DNA of 64,000 bases from Spirochaetia bacterium (GTDB taxonomy: Bacteria; Spirochaetota; Spirochaetia; DSM-2461), in NCBI GenBank assembly GCA_963668315.1, contig OY764216.1, positions 4,000,001 to 4,064,000 on the forward strand. Direction: 5' to 3'. Made by a program: the position numbers and the translations under genes. The notes below the pieces were generated by a model. That model searched no databases. It was given only the letters and a program-made list of their open reading frames with translations, and had not been told where the DNA came from. Positions 1 through 9,346 of this stretch are shown here, piece after piece; the first letter of the stretch is position 1, and each line of letters opens with the position of its first letter.

Positions 1-2
1 TG

Positions 3-179
3 AAGGACTTCATGGCCAAGATCGATACGGATGTTATCGGCAAGGGCCTTGATGTGAAGGACGCTTCCGTGGACAACATGAAGCTTGTTCAGGTGAATGA
101 AGCGATCAGAAGCACCGGCGTGGAAAAGGTCGGAAAGGTTCTCAGAAGCCATATGACCGCGATGAAAGCGATCATCTAA
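3..179 (+). CDS. ilvC: Ketol-acid reductoisomerase (class II), 3' end only
   Basis: Frame 3 reads [58 protein letters not shown], matching the class II IlvC C-terminus (VNEAIRSH.IE.VGK.LR.YM..MK.I). Confidence 0.85.
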   Translation, partial: KDFMAKIDTDVIGKGLDVKDASVDNMKLVQVNEAIRSTGVEKVGKVLRSHMTAMKAII

Positions 180-202
180 CTGACGGTCTTCACACCGTGA
201 TA

Positions 203-231
203 ATTCCCCTGCGCAAGCGGGGGATTTTTTT
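203..231 (+). terminator. Rho-independent terminator after ilvC
   Basis: Imperfect GC hairpin ATTCCCCTGC-GCAA-GCGGGGGAT followed by a T run. Confidence 0.8.
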
Positions 232-263
232 ATCTGCGGGAGAAAATCATGCCGGAATATCTC

Positions 264-1217
264 CTACCTGGTGGTTCCCGGCTCCTTCCTGGCCAGGTTC
301 AGTGCCGCCCACTCCATCCCCAGCCGGGCAGAATCCCCCAGGGAAAGCCCCCTGCTCAGTCCCGCCGCCACACCGGCCGTAACGGAATCGCCGCAGCCTA
401 TGGGATTGACCACAGGGGCGTTGACCGGCGGAATTGATTCGACCCCTTTACCGTCAATGACCAGGGTATCCCTCTCCCCGTTCGTCAGGACAAAGCACTG
501 GCCGTATTCCCTGTTCATCCGCCCGCCCAGTTCGGCAATTTTCTCATACTCCTCTTCTCCCACATCCTGGAGGACGTCCCCTTCATCATCATAGGAGAGA
601 AGAAATTCGTACATATTGATTTTTACCACGAGAGGAACGATTCCCAGAAGTTCCCGGAGCAGCGGGCCGTGCCGGTCAATGATAACGGGGATTCCCCGGC
701 GTCCCGCCTCCCCTATGAAATCCTTATAGATAAGGGGGGAAAATCCGGGCGAAGCCGAACCTGCCACGACAAGGAGGGAAGATCCTTCAAGCCGGCGGGA
801 GAACTCTCTCCTTACCGCCTCCTCCGTCTCCCGGGGGACCGTTTCCCCCTCCTCCACCAGTTCCGTCATGGAGAAGGGATTCTCAGAAAGGAGAGTCGTA
901 CAGTAGCGTATCGCCGTGGGACCGGGACAGGCGCATACAACAACGCCCTCCTTTTCCATCTCTTTCACGAAATACCCTTCCAGGGGCCCTCCTGTCTGGG
1001 TAATCAATTTCACCGGATATCCCTGCTGGGCCAGGATTCTCGCCGCATTGGCGCCCTTGCCCGATGCATTGAGAAGAGAATCGGCCGTCCGGTTCACTTC
1101 CCCTCCCCTCCAGCCCGCCGGGAAGGAGAGTGTCTTTTGTAAAGTGGGGCTCAATCCGATCACGAGAATATAGTCATCTTTCACAGGGGACTCCTTATTA
1201 TCCAGTCTGCCGTTCAA
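264..1217 (-). CDS. PfkB/1-phosphofructokinase-family carbohydrate kinase
   Basis: N-terminal LSPTLQKT and SGKGANAAR, C-terminal PfkB signature NPIGCGDS..AG. Confidence 0.85.
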   Translation of the reverse strand: MNGRLDNKESPVKDDYILVIGLSPTLQKTLSFPAGWRGGEVNRTADSLLNASGKGANAARILAQQGYPVKLITQTGGPLEGYFVKEMEKEGVVVCACPGPTAIRYCTTLLSENPFSMTELVEEGETVPRETEEAVRREFSRRLEGSSLLVVAGSASPGFSPLIYKDFIGEAGRRGIPVIIDRHGPLLRELLGIVPLVVKINMYEFLLSYDDEGDVLQDVGEEEYEKIAELGGRMNREYGQCFVLTNGERDTLVIDGKGVESIPPVNAPVVNPIGCGDSVTAGVAAGLSRGLSLGDSARLGMEWAALNLARKEPGTTR

Positions 1218-2182
1218 TCTTCCAGATTGAGATACGCCTCTTCTTCAGGGCTCAGGTTTATCTCAAGGGATTTGATGTTGCTTTTAAGCCGATTCGGATG
1301 GGACGTGGTGATTATGGGTAAAACCGTCAGAGGCTGATTCAGCATCCAGGCCAGGGCGATCTGGGCTACTTGAGCCTTCTTCGTCTCCGCCAGTTCTTCG
1401 GCTCTTCTCAGCCTTTCAAAATTTTCCCTGCTGCCGTATCCGCGGAAACCGTTCTTCCCCAAAAGCTTCCTACCCCGGGGATAATCACTGCTTTGTATTC
1501 TTCCCGACATCAGCCCCATGGCCAGGCTGGAGTAGGCAAATAGGGGCATCCGGTTCTCCCTGTACCAGAGTCGGGCGTCCTTCTCTTCCGGACCGGCCAG
1601 GGAAACGGAACCGCCTCCCCAGGGTTCACCGCTCTGCTCCGCCAGCCCGAAATAGGGGCTGGATACGGAAAAGGGGATCAGATTATGCTTATAGGCATAT
1701 TCATTGGCTTCCTCCAGACGCTGGTGTGTCCAGTTGGAGGCGCCGAAGGCATCTATCTTTCCCTGCCCGTGCAGTTCGTTCAGGACTTCGACCAAGGGGC
1801 CGGCCGCCTGGTCGGGATCATCACGGTGAAGAAAATATATATCAATATGATCGGTTTTCAGTAAGTCAAGGGACTTCTTAAGATCCTTTTTGACCCCGGC
1901 CGGGGTTACCCTTTTCCGCCCGGTCACGGACGGATGAGCTCCCTTGGTAATAAGGATGACCCTGTCGCGGTTTCCTCTGGATTCCATCCAGTTCCCCAAT
2001 GTCTTCTCGCTGTTCCAGTAGATTCTGGCCGAATCAAAGACATTGATCCCCGTTTCCAGAACCTCATCCAGAAAGGCATAAGTCTTCTCATTAGGCCCCA
2101 GAGCGGAATTCATGGTTCCGTAGACGAGGGGAAAAAGAGGAGCCTTCACAAAGGGGATATTGATGTATTTTTCTTTCTTCAT
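1214..2182 (-). CDS. Aldo/keto reductase
   Basis: FDSARIY, ILITKG, SLDLLKTDHIDIYFLHR, AQIALAW motifs. Start set at ATG 2182, 6 nt after TGnTACTAT. Confidence 0.9.
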   Translation of the reverse strand: MKKEKYINIPFVKAPLFPLVYGTMNSALGPNEKTYAFLDEVLETGINVFDSARIYWNSEKTLGNWMESRGNRDRVILITKGAHPSVTGRKRVTPAGVKKDLKKSLDLLKTDHIDIYFLHRDDPDQAAGPLVEVLNELHGQGKIDAFGASNWTHQRLEEANEYAYKHNLIPFSVSSPYFGLAEQSGEPWGGGSVSLAGPEEKDARLWYRENRMPLFAYSSLAMGLMSGRIQSSDYPRGRKLLGKNGFRGYGSRENFERLRRAEELAETKKAQVAQIALAWMLNQPLTVLPIITTSHPNRLKSNIKSLEINLSPEEEAYLNLED

Positions 2183-2390
2183 GGGGTGATAGTAGCACAA
2201 TGACAGAAAAAAATCACTTGCCCTGCTGCTCCTGTCATCCCATAAAATCCGACTTTGGGATCAGGGAGTGACAGGGGAATCGGAGCTTTTTTCATCTTCC
2301 CCTACTTTCAGCTTGCCTTAGGAAAAATCTTTTGCTATACTTTCTTTTAACTTTTCAATACGTTTCTTTTTACTTATCCGGAGGTTTATC

Positions 2391-3890
2391 ATGGAAAAAG
2401 CTGTTCTCGTTTTTGACGTGGGTAAGACAAACAAAAAGCTGCTTGTCTTTGATGAAAATCTTAAAATCGTCGATTCCCTCTATACACGTTTCGACAGTTA
2501 TGAGAAGGACGGCGTCTTTTTCTACGATATGACCGATGTGAAAACCTGGCTTTTCAGCGGAATTAAGGAACTGGGTGCCAAATATCCGATTAAGGCAATC
2601 TCCATTACCACCCACGGAGCCACCTGGGCTCCCCTTGACGGAGAGGGAAATGATGTCATGCCCGTTATCGATTACGTCACACCCGTCCCGGACAGTTTTC
2701 ATGACGATTTCTACAGGGAGATGGGCGACAGAAAGGAACTTCAGAAAAGCACGGCTACCCCGGATATCGGGGCTTTGATAAATCCCGCCAAAGGGATGTA
2801 TTTCATGAAAAAGAATTTCCCCGCCGAATGGGACAAGACCGCCCATATTCTCTTTTATCCCCAGTATTTCGGATATCTGCTCACGGGAAACATGGGAGCG
2901 GAGGGAACCTATGTGGGCTGCCATACCTACCTATACAGCTTTGAAAAGGACGGATGGTCCGCCGTGGCCGATAAGCTGGGCGTTTCCGCCAGGATGCCGG
3001 AAAAAATCGGAAAATCCTGGGAAGTTCTGGGAACACTCTCGGCTGACGCCGCAGAGAAAACCGGTCTGAATCCGGATGTCATCGTCACCATGGGGATTCA
3101 CGACTCCAACTCTTCCCTTCTCCCCTATCTCCTGCAGGAGAAGGAACCGTTCATCCTGAATTCCACGGGAACCTGGTGCGTTCCCATGGTACCCACCGAC
3201 AAAGTGGAATTCAAAGAGGAAGAACTGGGAAAAACGGTATTCTACAACCTGAGCGCTTTCAAGAAACCGGTGAAAACGGCGATTTTCATGGGCGGAGAGG
3301 AATTCGACCGGTATAAGAAGATATTCGATAAGCTCCACGGCAAGAACGATTTCCCCGACTACGACAGGGATATCTACGCGAAAGTAATAGAAGAGAGAAG
3401 GATGTTCATCCAGCCCAGCGTGGTCAAAGGATCAGGCCAGTTCCCCGATACGCCTCCGGGAGTCTGGGAAGGGGCTCTGTTCTATCCCCTCGAAGAGATA
3501 GAGAACGGACGGTTTCCCGCCTTCTTCTCCGACAGGGACATCTGCTTCGCCGTCATCCGCCTTTCCCTGGCCGCCCAGTCCATCGTGGCCTTTCAGAGGG
3601 CGGGATTCACCGAGGGTATGAATATTTTCGTCGAAGGAGGCTTCCGCCATAACCGGGGATATAACACCATTCTGGCGAGTTATTACCCCCAGTCACGCCT
3701 GTTCACCACCAATATGGAGGAGGCGACCTCCTTCGGGGCGGCGATTCTGGCAAAAGCCGCCATGAACGAAGCCGGTCCGGAAATCTGCATCAATGACTAT
3801 ACGATTGAAAAAGAAGAGGTACCCTCCGATGATCTTCCCGGTCTGAAGGAGTACATGGAGGACTTTCTCGCCCTGGTTAATCGATCGTAA
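2391..3890 (+). CDS. FGGY-family sugar kinase (fuculo/rhamnulokinase-like)
   Basis: FDVGKTNKK, ITTHGAT, GIHDSN, NSTGTW, EATSFGAA motifs; GGAGG RBS. Confidence 0.85.
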   Translation: MEKAVLVFDVGKTNKKLLVFDENLKIVDSLYTRFDSYEKDGVFFYDMTDVKTWLFSGIKELGAKYPIKAISITTHGATWAPLDGEGNDVMPVIDYVTPVPDSFHDDFYREMGDRKELQKSTATPDIGALINPAKGMYFMKKNFPAEWDKTAHILFYPQYFGYLLTGNMGAEGTYVGCHTYLYSFEKDGWSAVADKLGVSARMPEKIGKSWEVLGTLSADAAEKTGLNPDVIVTMGIHDSNSSLLPYLLQEKEPFILNSTGTWCVPMVPTDKVEFKEEELGKTVFYNLSAFKKPVKTAIFMGGEEFDRYKKIFDKLHGKNDFPDYDRDIYAKVIEERRMFIQPSVVKGSGQFPDTPPGVWEGALFYPLEEIENGRFPAFFSDRDICFAVIRLSLAAQSIVAFQRAGFTEGMNIFVEGGFRHNRGYNTILASYYPQSRLFTTNMEEATSFGAAILAKAAMNEAGPEICINDYTIEKEEVPSDDLPGLKEYMEDFLALVNRS

Positions 3891-5382
3891 CTTTCAGACA
3901 GAGCGGATAGGGGGTTGAGATGGCCCCCTCCACTCTGATATGCAGTCCCTCCTCATCCCTGGAGAAGGAGAGGGGCCTGTCTTCATAGCCGAGAAGAGCC
4001 ACATCGGCGATATGTCCCTTGAAGGGTTTGATATTTTTCCCCGGTACATGGCTGCGGCAGATGCCTAGAGAGCGGACGGTCACCCTGCCCGATTCCGGCC
4101 ATTTCATGACATGGGCGTAGACATGGGGCGCTTTGTAGGTAAACCGTATATCCTCGCTGGTATAAGCGCCTCTGTTCACGTCGGTAAATGACCCTTCCAC
4201 AATTTCCGTCGGTCCTTCCCCGAAGGTATGCCAGTATGTCGTATCATAAATCCCCTCTCCGTTAATCTTCAGCCAGCGCCCCATAGCCCTTAATACGGCC
4301 TGGTCCTCGTCGGTAATCCTGCCGTCCGCCCGGGGGCCGATATTCAAGAGGAGGCAGCCGTTCTTGCTTACAATATCCACCAGATCGCCGATGAGGTCGG
4401 CGGGGTTCTTGAAATCGTTGTTCTCCGTGTAACCCCAGGAGTTTTTCGCCACCGCCGTGTCGTTCTGCCATAATCGGGGCGAAATGCCGGAAAGCTGGCC
4501 CCGCTCAATATCATAGACCGCCGTGCCGGGGGCAAAGGCGTCGAACTTGTAATTAATGGCGACCGGGTGTCCCCACTCCACCGACCGGTTATAGTAGTAG
4601 GCGGCGAATTTCTTCAAATAGGGCTTAAAGGCGGCATTCTGAATCCACCAGTCAAACCAGAGGATTTTGGGCCGGTACCGGTCCACCAGCTCGCATGTTC
4701 TGACAAGCCAGTCCTTCAGATGGGCTTCTGAAGGAGGGGCAGAATAGATATCCTCCGTAGCGGCGATGTCCTGGGTGGGATAGATATCCGACGCCCACCC
4801 GTAGGGTTCCCGGAAGCCCTCTTCCAGGCCGGAATCGAATTTACGCCCTCCCCCGAAAAACCAGAAGTTCTCCGCCCGGTGGCTGGATACGGCGAATACC
4901 ATATCCCGGTCTTCCACTTCTTTCTTCAGTTCCCCCAGAATATCCCGGCAGGGCCCCCTCTTCGAGGCGCACCAGGAACTCAGTTCGCTGTGATACATCT
5001 GAAAACCGTCGTGGTGTTCCGCCACGGGCATGACATAACGTGCCCCCGCCTCCCTGAACAGCCCGGCCCATTCGGCAGGATCAAAATTCTCAGCCTTGAA
5101 AAGGGGAACAAAATCGGCATAACCGAACTCCCTGTGATCGCCAAAGGTTTTTCTGTGGTAGTCATATTCCGCCGTTCCCCGGATATACATATTCCGGGGA
5201 TACCACTCGCTTCCAAAGGCGGGAACGGAATAAACGCCCCAGTGAATGAAAATTCCGAACTTGGCATTTCTGTACCACGGGGCTTCGGGATATTCCGCCA
5301 GGGACTCCCATGTGTCCCCGTAGGGGCCCTTTTCAATCACATCTTCTATCCGGGAAATCAAAGCCTCTCTTTTTTCAGCCAT
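3877..5382 (-). CDS. Alpha-L-fucosidase (GH29)
   Basis: KFGIFIHWGVYSVP, AGARY...EHHDGF, LWFD, VSKNG.LLLNIGP motifs. Start ATG 5382 follows a GAGGAGG RBS. Confidence 0.93.
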   Translation of the reverse strand: MAEKREALISRIEDVIEKGPYGDTWESLAEYPEAPWYRNAKFGIFIHWGVYSVPAFGSEWYPRNMYIRGTAEYDYHRKTFGDHREFGYADFVPLFKAENFDPAEWAGLFREAGARYVMPVAEHHDGFQMYHSELSSWCASKRGPCRDILGELKKEVEDRDMVFAVSSHRAENFWFFGGGRKFDSGLEEGFREPYGWASDIYPTQDIAATEDIYSAPPSEAHLKDWLVRTCELVDRYRPKILWFDWWIQNAAFKPYLKKFAAYYYNRSVEWGHPVAINYKFDAFAPGTAVYDIERGQLSGISPRLWQNDTAVAKNSWGYTENNDFKNPADLIGDLVDIVSKNGCLLLNIGPRADGRITDEDQAVLRAMGRWLKINGEGIYDTTYWHTFGEGPTEIVEGSFTDVNRGAYTSEDIRFTYKAPHVYAHVMKWPESGRVTVRSLGICRSHVPGKNIKPFKGHIADVALLGYEDRPLSFSRDEEGLHIRVEGAISTPYPLCLKVTID

Positions 5383-5492
5383 GGCAGCCCTCCTCTCTCT
5401 TTCCATCCATAATAGTGAGTAATATTCTGAGGAAAAAGACAATTATTAATAAATATGTGGACGATATTAACTATATAATAGTAACATTACCC

Positions 5493-6299
5493 ATGACCGG
5501 CCCATTGGATAACTTTTTTGAAAACTTCTCAGTCAGACATCTCATAGGAAACTATAATGCCTGCGAGAAGGATTGGCGGGAAAACGACGTTTCCTACCTT
5601 TTCCATAAGTTCTATTTTTTCACCGGAGGCGAAGGCTTCCTGAAGATAGAAAATGAGATTTTCCGCCCCCGCTCGGGCGACTTCTGTTTCATCCCTTCCG
5701 GAACGGTTCATTCCCACTGGCAGAATCCGGATGACCCGGTTATCCAGTACTGGTCTCACTTTGAGGCCGATCTTCCCGAAGGCCGACACTTTGCCTACCA
5801 CAGAGAGGCTCTCTTCTGCCGGCCCGACAGAGAAACCACGGAAAGGATCTTCTCCCGCCTGGTAGACCGCCGGGAGAATCTCTTCCGGCCTCTGGACAGA
5901 AAAATCGCCCTGATGGGATTAATGAAAATTTATCTGGAACAGGTGGATCCCTCCCTTGTTCTCATGAATGATGAATCGTCCCTGATACACCGGGTCAACT
6001 CCTATATTTCGGATCACATGGCGGAAGATATCCGGCTTGCCGATCTGGCGGGGGCCGTACACCTCCACCCGAACTACTTCGTCTCCCTGTTCAGAAAAGA
6101 AACCGGCTCCACTCCCATTGAATACCTCAACGCCCGACGGCTTCAGAAAGCACAGAGACTTCTGGAAGAAAAGGAAGAACTGACCATTGGCGAAGTCTCC
6201 GGCCTGGTGGGCTTCTGCGACTACCGCTACTTCGGCCGGCTTTACAAAAAACGGTTCGGCCTTCCCCCTTCCCGCCTTCGCGTGAGATTCCGGGGCTGA
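5493..6299 (+). CDS. AraC-family transcriptional regulator
   Basis: N-terminal cupin (FIPSGTVHSH), C-terminal double HTH (LHPNYFVSLFRKETG..., VGFCDYRYF.RLYKKRFGLPP); divergent from the fucosidase. Confidence 0.92.
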   Translation: MTGPLDNFFENFSVRHLIGNYNACEKDWRENDVSYLFHKFYFFTGGEGFLKIENEIFRPRSGDFCFIPSGTVHSHWQNPDDPVIQYWSHFEADLPEGRHFAYHREALFCRPDRETTERIFSRLVDRRENLFRPLDRKIALMGLMKIYLEQVDPSLVLMNDESSLIHRVNSYISDHMAEDIRLADLAGAVHLHPNYFVSLFRKETGSTPIEYLNARRLQKAQRLLEEKEELTIGEVSGLVGFCDYRYFGRLYKKRFGLPPSRLRVRFRG

Positions 6300-6339
6300 T
6301 CGGGATGACACAAGCCGGATAGCATGATAAAATCGGCCC

Positions 6340-6798
6340 ATGTTTACAGCAGATAGGGGAGACAGAAAGCTGCTCCTGGAACAGTGGAAAGCCCTGCAGG
6401 AAGGAACGGATACCATAGCCGATCTGGCCAACGGATCGGCCCTCCTCAACTGGTACCTTGACGATATCAACTGGGTGGGTTTCTACCTGTGGAATGAAGA
6501 GCGACAGGAGCTTGTCCTGGGACCTTTTCAGGGACTTCCGGCCTGTGTGAGTATTAAATCGGGCAGAGGGGTCTGCGGAACGGCCTTTGCGACGGGAGAG
6601 ACGCAGCGGGTGGAAGACGTTCACAGCTTTCCCGGCCATATAGCCTGCGACGGGGCCAGCGCTTCGGAAATCGTCATTCCCCTAAGAAAGGACGGAAAAA
6701 TCCTGGGGGTTCTGGATATAGACAGTCCCCTCAAGGGACGGTTTACCCCGGAGGATCAGATTTTTCTGGAGGAATTCGTCAACCTTACAGTTTTGTAA
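6340..6798 (+). CDS. msrC: GAF-domain protein, free methionine-R-sulfoxide reductase-like
   Basis: NWVGFY, LGPFQGLPAC, GRGVCG, FPGHIACD, SEIVIP, LDIDSP motifs. Confidence 0.88.
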   Translation: MFTADRGDRKLLLEQWKALQEGTDTIADLANGSALLNWYLDDINWVGFYLWNEERQELVLGPFQGLPACVSIKSGRGVCGTAFATGETQRVEDVHSFPGHIACDGASASEIVIPLRKDGKILGVLDIDSPLKGRFTPEDQIFLEEFVNLTVL

Positions 6799-6845
6799 TG
6801 TTAGAGTAATGTTATGGAAAGCCAAGGGATATATGATTTGAATCC

Positions 6846-7019
6846 ATGGATAGACAAGTAATTAACGAAGATTGCAAGGCGCTGGCCAAACCGGCGGGAA
6901 TGAACCGCTTCATGATTCTTTTTTATTCTCTCATTCTGCTTCTCCTGCCCGACAGAGCAGATATTTTTTCAAAGTTGTTCCGCCTCAAAAAGCGGCCCGC
7001 CGACGAAAGGACTCCATGA
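6846..7019 (+). CDS. Putative 57-aa small protein coupled to htrA
   Basis: MDRQVINEDCKALAKPAGMNRFMILFYSLILLLLPDRADIFSKLFRLKKRPADERTP*; its stop overlaps the htrA start (ATGA); TATGAT lies 8 nt upstream. Confidence 0.45.
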   Translation: MDRQVINEDCKALAKPAGMNRFMILFYSLILLLLPDRADIFSKLFRLKKRPADERTP

Positions 7020-8428
7020 GAAGGATTTTTTCTCTTCACGTACTTTTCCTGATTCTTATTTCAGAGCTGTCCCTCTTCTCCCAGGATAATACCCGGGACT
7101 GGAGAACAACGGTATACGCTCTGCAGCAGTCCTTCCGGGATATTTCAGCCCGCGTCCTCCCCGTGGTGGTGGAAATCAATGTGGTGGAAACGGCCGAACA
7201 GGATCTCCCTTCCTTCAGCCCCTGGGAGTTCTTCTTCGGAAATCCCCAGTCCCCCCCGTCCCTTCTTCAGCCTCAGAAAAGGGAGTATACCAAAACGGGG
7301 CTCGGATCGGGCGTGATTATAGACCAGAGGGGCCATAGGGTTTACGTCATTACCAACTACCATGTGGCGGGGAAAGCCGATGAGATTACCATATCCCTTC
7401 ATGACGGCCGCCAGTACACAGCAGAACTGGCCGGCTCCGATCCCCAGAGGGATCTGGCCCTCATATCCTTTTACTCCGAAGAAACCCTTCCCCTGGCTGT
7501 TCTGGGCGATTCCGATACGATCCGCACGGGCGATTGGGTTCTGGCTATCGGAAACCCCTACGGATTCGAATCCACCGTCACCCAGGGGATAATCAGCGCC
7601 ACGGGACGGGTCGGATGGGATGACAGGGCAAACGAATATCTTCAGACCGATGCCTCCATCAATTCGGGCAACTCCGGCGGAGCCCTGGTGAATATACGGG
7701 GCGAGGTGATCGGCATCAATACGTGGATTGCCTCCGGGACGGGGGGAAGCGTCGGTCTGGGTTTTGCCATTCCCTCCAACAGGGTACGGGAAAATCTGGA
7801 AGACCTGATAAGAGAGGGCCGGGTGGAGTACGGCTGGCTCGGTGTCAACATGTCCACGGCAACCGATACGTTCATGGAGCAAATGGGTCTGGAAGAGTGG
7901 GAGGGAGCCTTTGTCTTCAATATCTACTCCTCCTCCCCCGCCCGAGACGGCGGTCTCCTTCCCGGAGATCTGATCATCGCCCTGGACGGACAGTCCGTGG
8001 AAAACAGCCGTGAGCTGGCGGAACTGATCTCCCGGAAAAAACCGGGAGATAGGATAAGGTTGACCTTTGTCCGCGGGGATAGGGAACTGACGAAAACCAT
8101 CGAGCTTTCCAGTAAGGACCGGGCAGAACGGAGCAGCTCAGCCATCAGCCTCTGGCCTGGTTTCACCGTAGCTGAAGTAACCGATGAGATGAGGGAAAGG
8201 CTTGAACTTCCCCGTTATTCGGCGAATCTGATCATCGGCAACGTCCTTGAGAACAGCATTGCCCAGGAAGCGGGTCTTCATAAGGGGGATATCATCAAAT
8301 CCATGAATAAAACGGTTCCCCGCGACATCAGGGATTTCTACCGCATTCTCGGAGAGAGCGGCGGAGAGATTCAGATGAAAGTGGAAAGGCGGGGCTATGA
8401 GTTCGAATACCGTCTAGAAATCCAGTAA
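7016..8428 (+). CDS. htrA: DegP/HtrA serine protease with two PDZ domains
   Basis: GLGSGVI, TNYHV, DLALI, QTDASINSGNSGGAL catalytic motifs; signal peptide; AAGGA RBS before ATG 7016. Confidence 0.92.
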   Translation: MRRIFSLHVLFLILISELSLFSQDNTRDWRTTVYALQQSFRDISARVLPVVVEINVVETAEQDLPSFSPWEFFFGNPQSPPSLLQPQKREYTKTGLGSGVIIDQRGHRVYVITNYHVAGKADEITISLHDGRQYTAELAGSDPQRDLALISFYSEETLPLAVLGDSDTIRTGDWVLAIGNPYGFESTVTQGIISATGRVGWDDRANEYLQTDASINSGNSGGALVNIRGEVIGINTWIASGTGGSVGLGFAIPSNRVRENLEDLIREGRVEYGWLGVNMSTATDTFMEQMGLEEWEGAFVFNIYSSSPARDGGLLPGDLIIALDGQSVENSRELAELISRKKPGDRIRLTFVRGDRELTKTIELSSKDRAERSSSAISLWPGFTVAEVTDEMRERLELPRYSANLIIGNVLENSIAQEAGLHKGDIIKSMNKTVPRDIRDFYRILGESGGEIQMKVERRGYEFEYRLEIQ

Positions 8429-9346
8429 ACTGTTCAGGGGACGGGCGATGCCGGAGAGGGCGTCCCTTGTCATAAAACGCACCTTCCCTCCATCAAGGGC
8501 AACCCGGAAGTACTCGGTTCCCATCAGTTCCACCGCGCCCCCGGCGGTAAGGATATACCTTTCCCCTCTATTATCATGAATTTCCACTCTGAAGCGAGTC
8601 TCCGATCCGGAAAGAGAAGATCCCTCCCCTTCCTCGATCTCTCCTTCCAAACCGGCCAGACGCAGCATAAGAAGATTGACTTCTTCTTCCTTAAGACGTC
8701 CGTCCCCCAGCTCTCCCCGGTAGGTCCAGTCCTCTCCTTCCCGAATCAGTTCATAGCGATACTGAAGAGCTTCTGAACCTTCCCGCGGCGTATAAAGTCG
8801 GTAGTAAACGATATTCTCAGCCCGAAGGTCATCGGGGAAGATCCGTCTGTCCACCAGATTTTCCCAGGGAAAGTCCTCTCCGGAGGAAAGGCGGTGAAAA
8901 TAGATGCTCCCGCCGTCTTCTTCCGTCTGCAGAAAGAATCCCCTGCCCGTGTCCCCCCCGTCAGCGTCATCGTAATACAACGTCAGTTTAAGGGGGTCTT
9001 TACCGTCCCTCTCATAGCTCAGAGAGATTGAAGAACGGGGCAGCCAATTCCCGCTGTCCCGGCTCTTTCCGGCGGTATGATGCTCCAGTTCGCCGGGAAG
9101 TGCCAGCAGGATCTGAAGGGCGGACTGACTGAGGGGCAGTTCGGTTCCGCCGCTCAGTAGAATCCAGCCGTCATCACGGCGGCCTATCTCCCATCCCCCT
9201 TCGGGGGAACGGATTCCCGACACTCGGGAAAGATCATAGGAACGGTAGAGGGGCGCCCGGTCTCTCCAGCCGGAGGATAAACGGACGAATACAATCAGCA
9301 TGGAAAGAATCACGATAACGACTAAGAGTTTATAGAACCTTTTCAT
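8414..9346 (-). CDS. Membrane-anchored periplasmic protein, DUF4340-like partner of the Gld-type ABC system
   Basis: Single N-terminal TM segment, two related halves, last gene of the ABC operon. Confidence 0.55.
   Translation of the reverse strand: MKRFYKLLVVIVILSMLIVFVRLSSGWRDRAPLYRSYDLSRVSGIRSPEGGWEIGRRDDGWILLSGGTELPLSQSALQILLALPGELEHHTAGKSRDSGNWLPRSSISLSYERDGKDPLKLTLYYDDADGGDTGRGFFLQTEEDGGSIYFHRLSSGEDFPWENLVDRRIFPDDLRAENIVYYRLYTPREGSEALQYRYELIREGEDWTYRGELGDGRLKEEEVNLLMLRLAGLEGEIEEGEGSSLSGSETRFRVEIHDNRGERYILTAGGAVELMGTEYFRVALDGGKVRFMTRDALSGIARPLNSLLDF

Noticed and set aside
2228..2295. Nested hairpin (CCTGTCA...TGACAGG, ATCCCA...TGGGAT) as a riboswitch
   Set aside because: No recognisable riboswitch consensus, and it lies upstream of both predicted divergent promoters.
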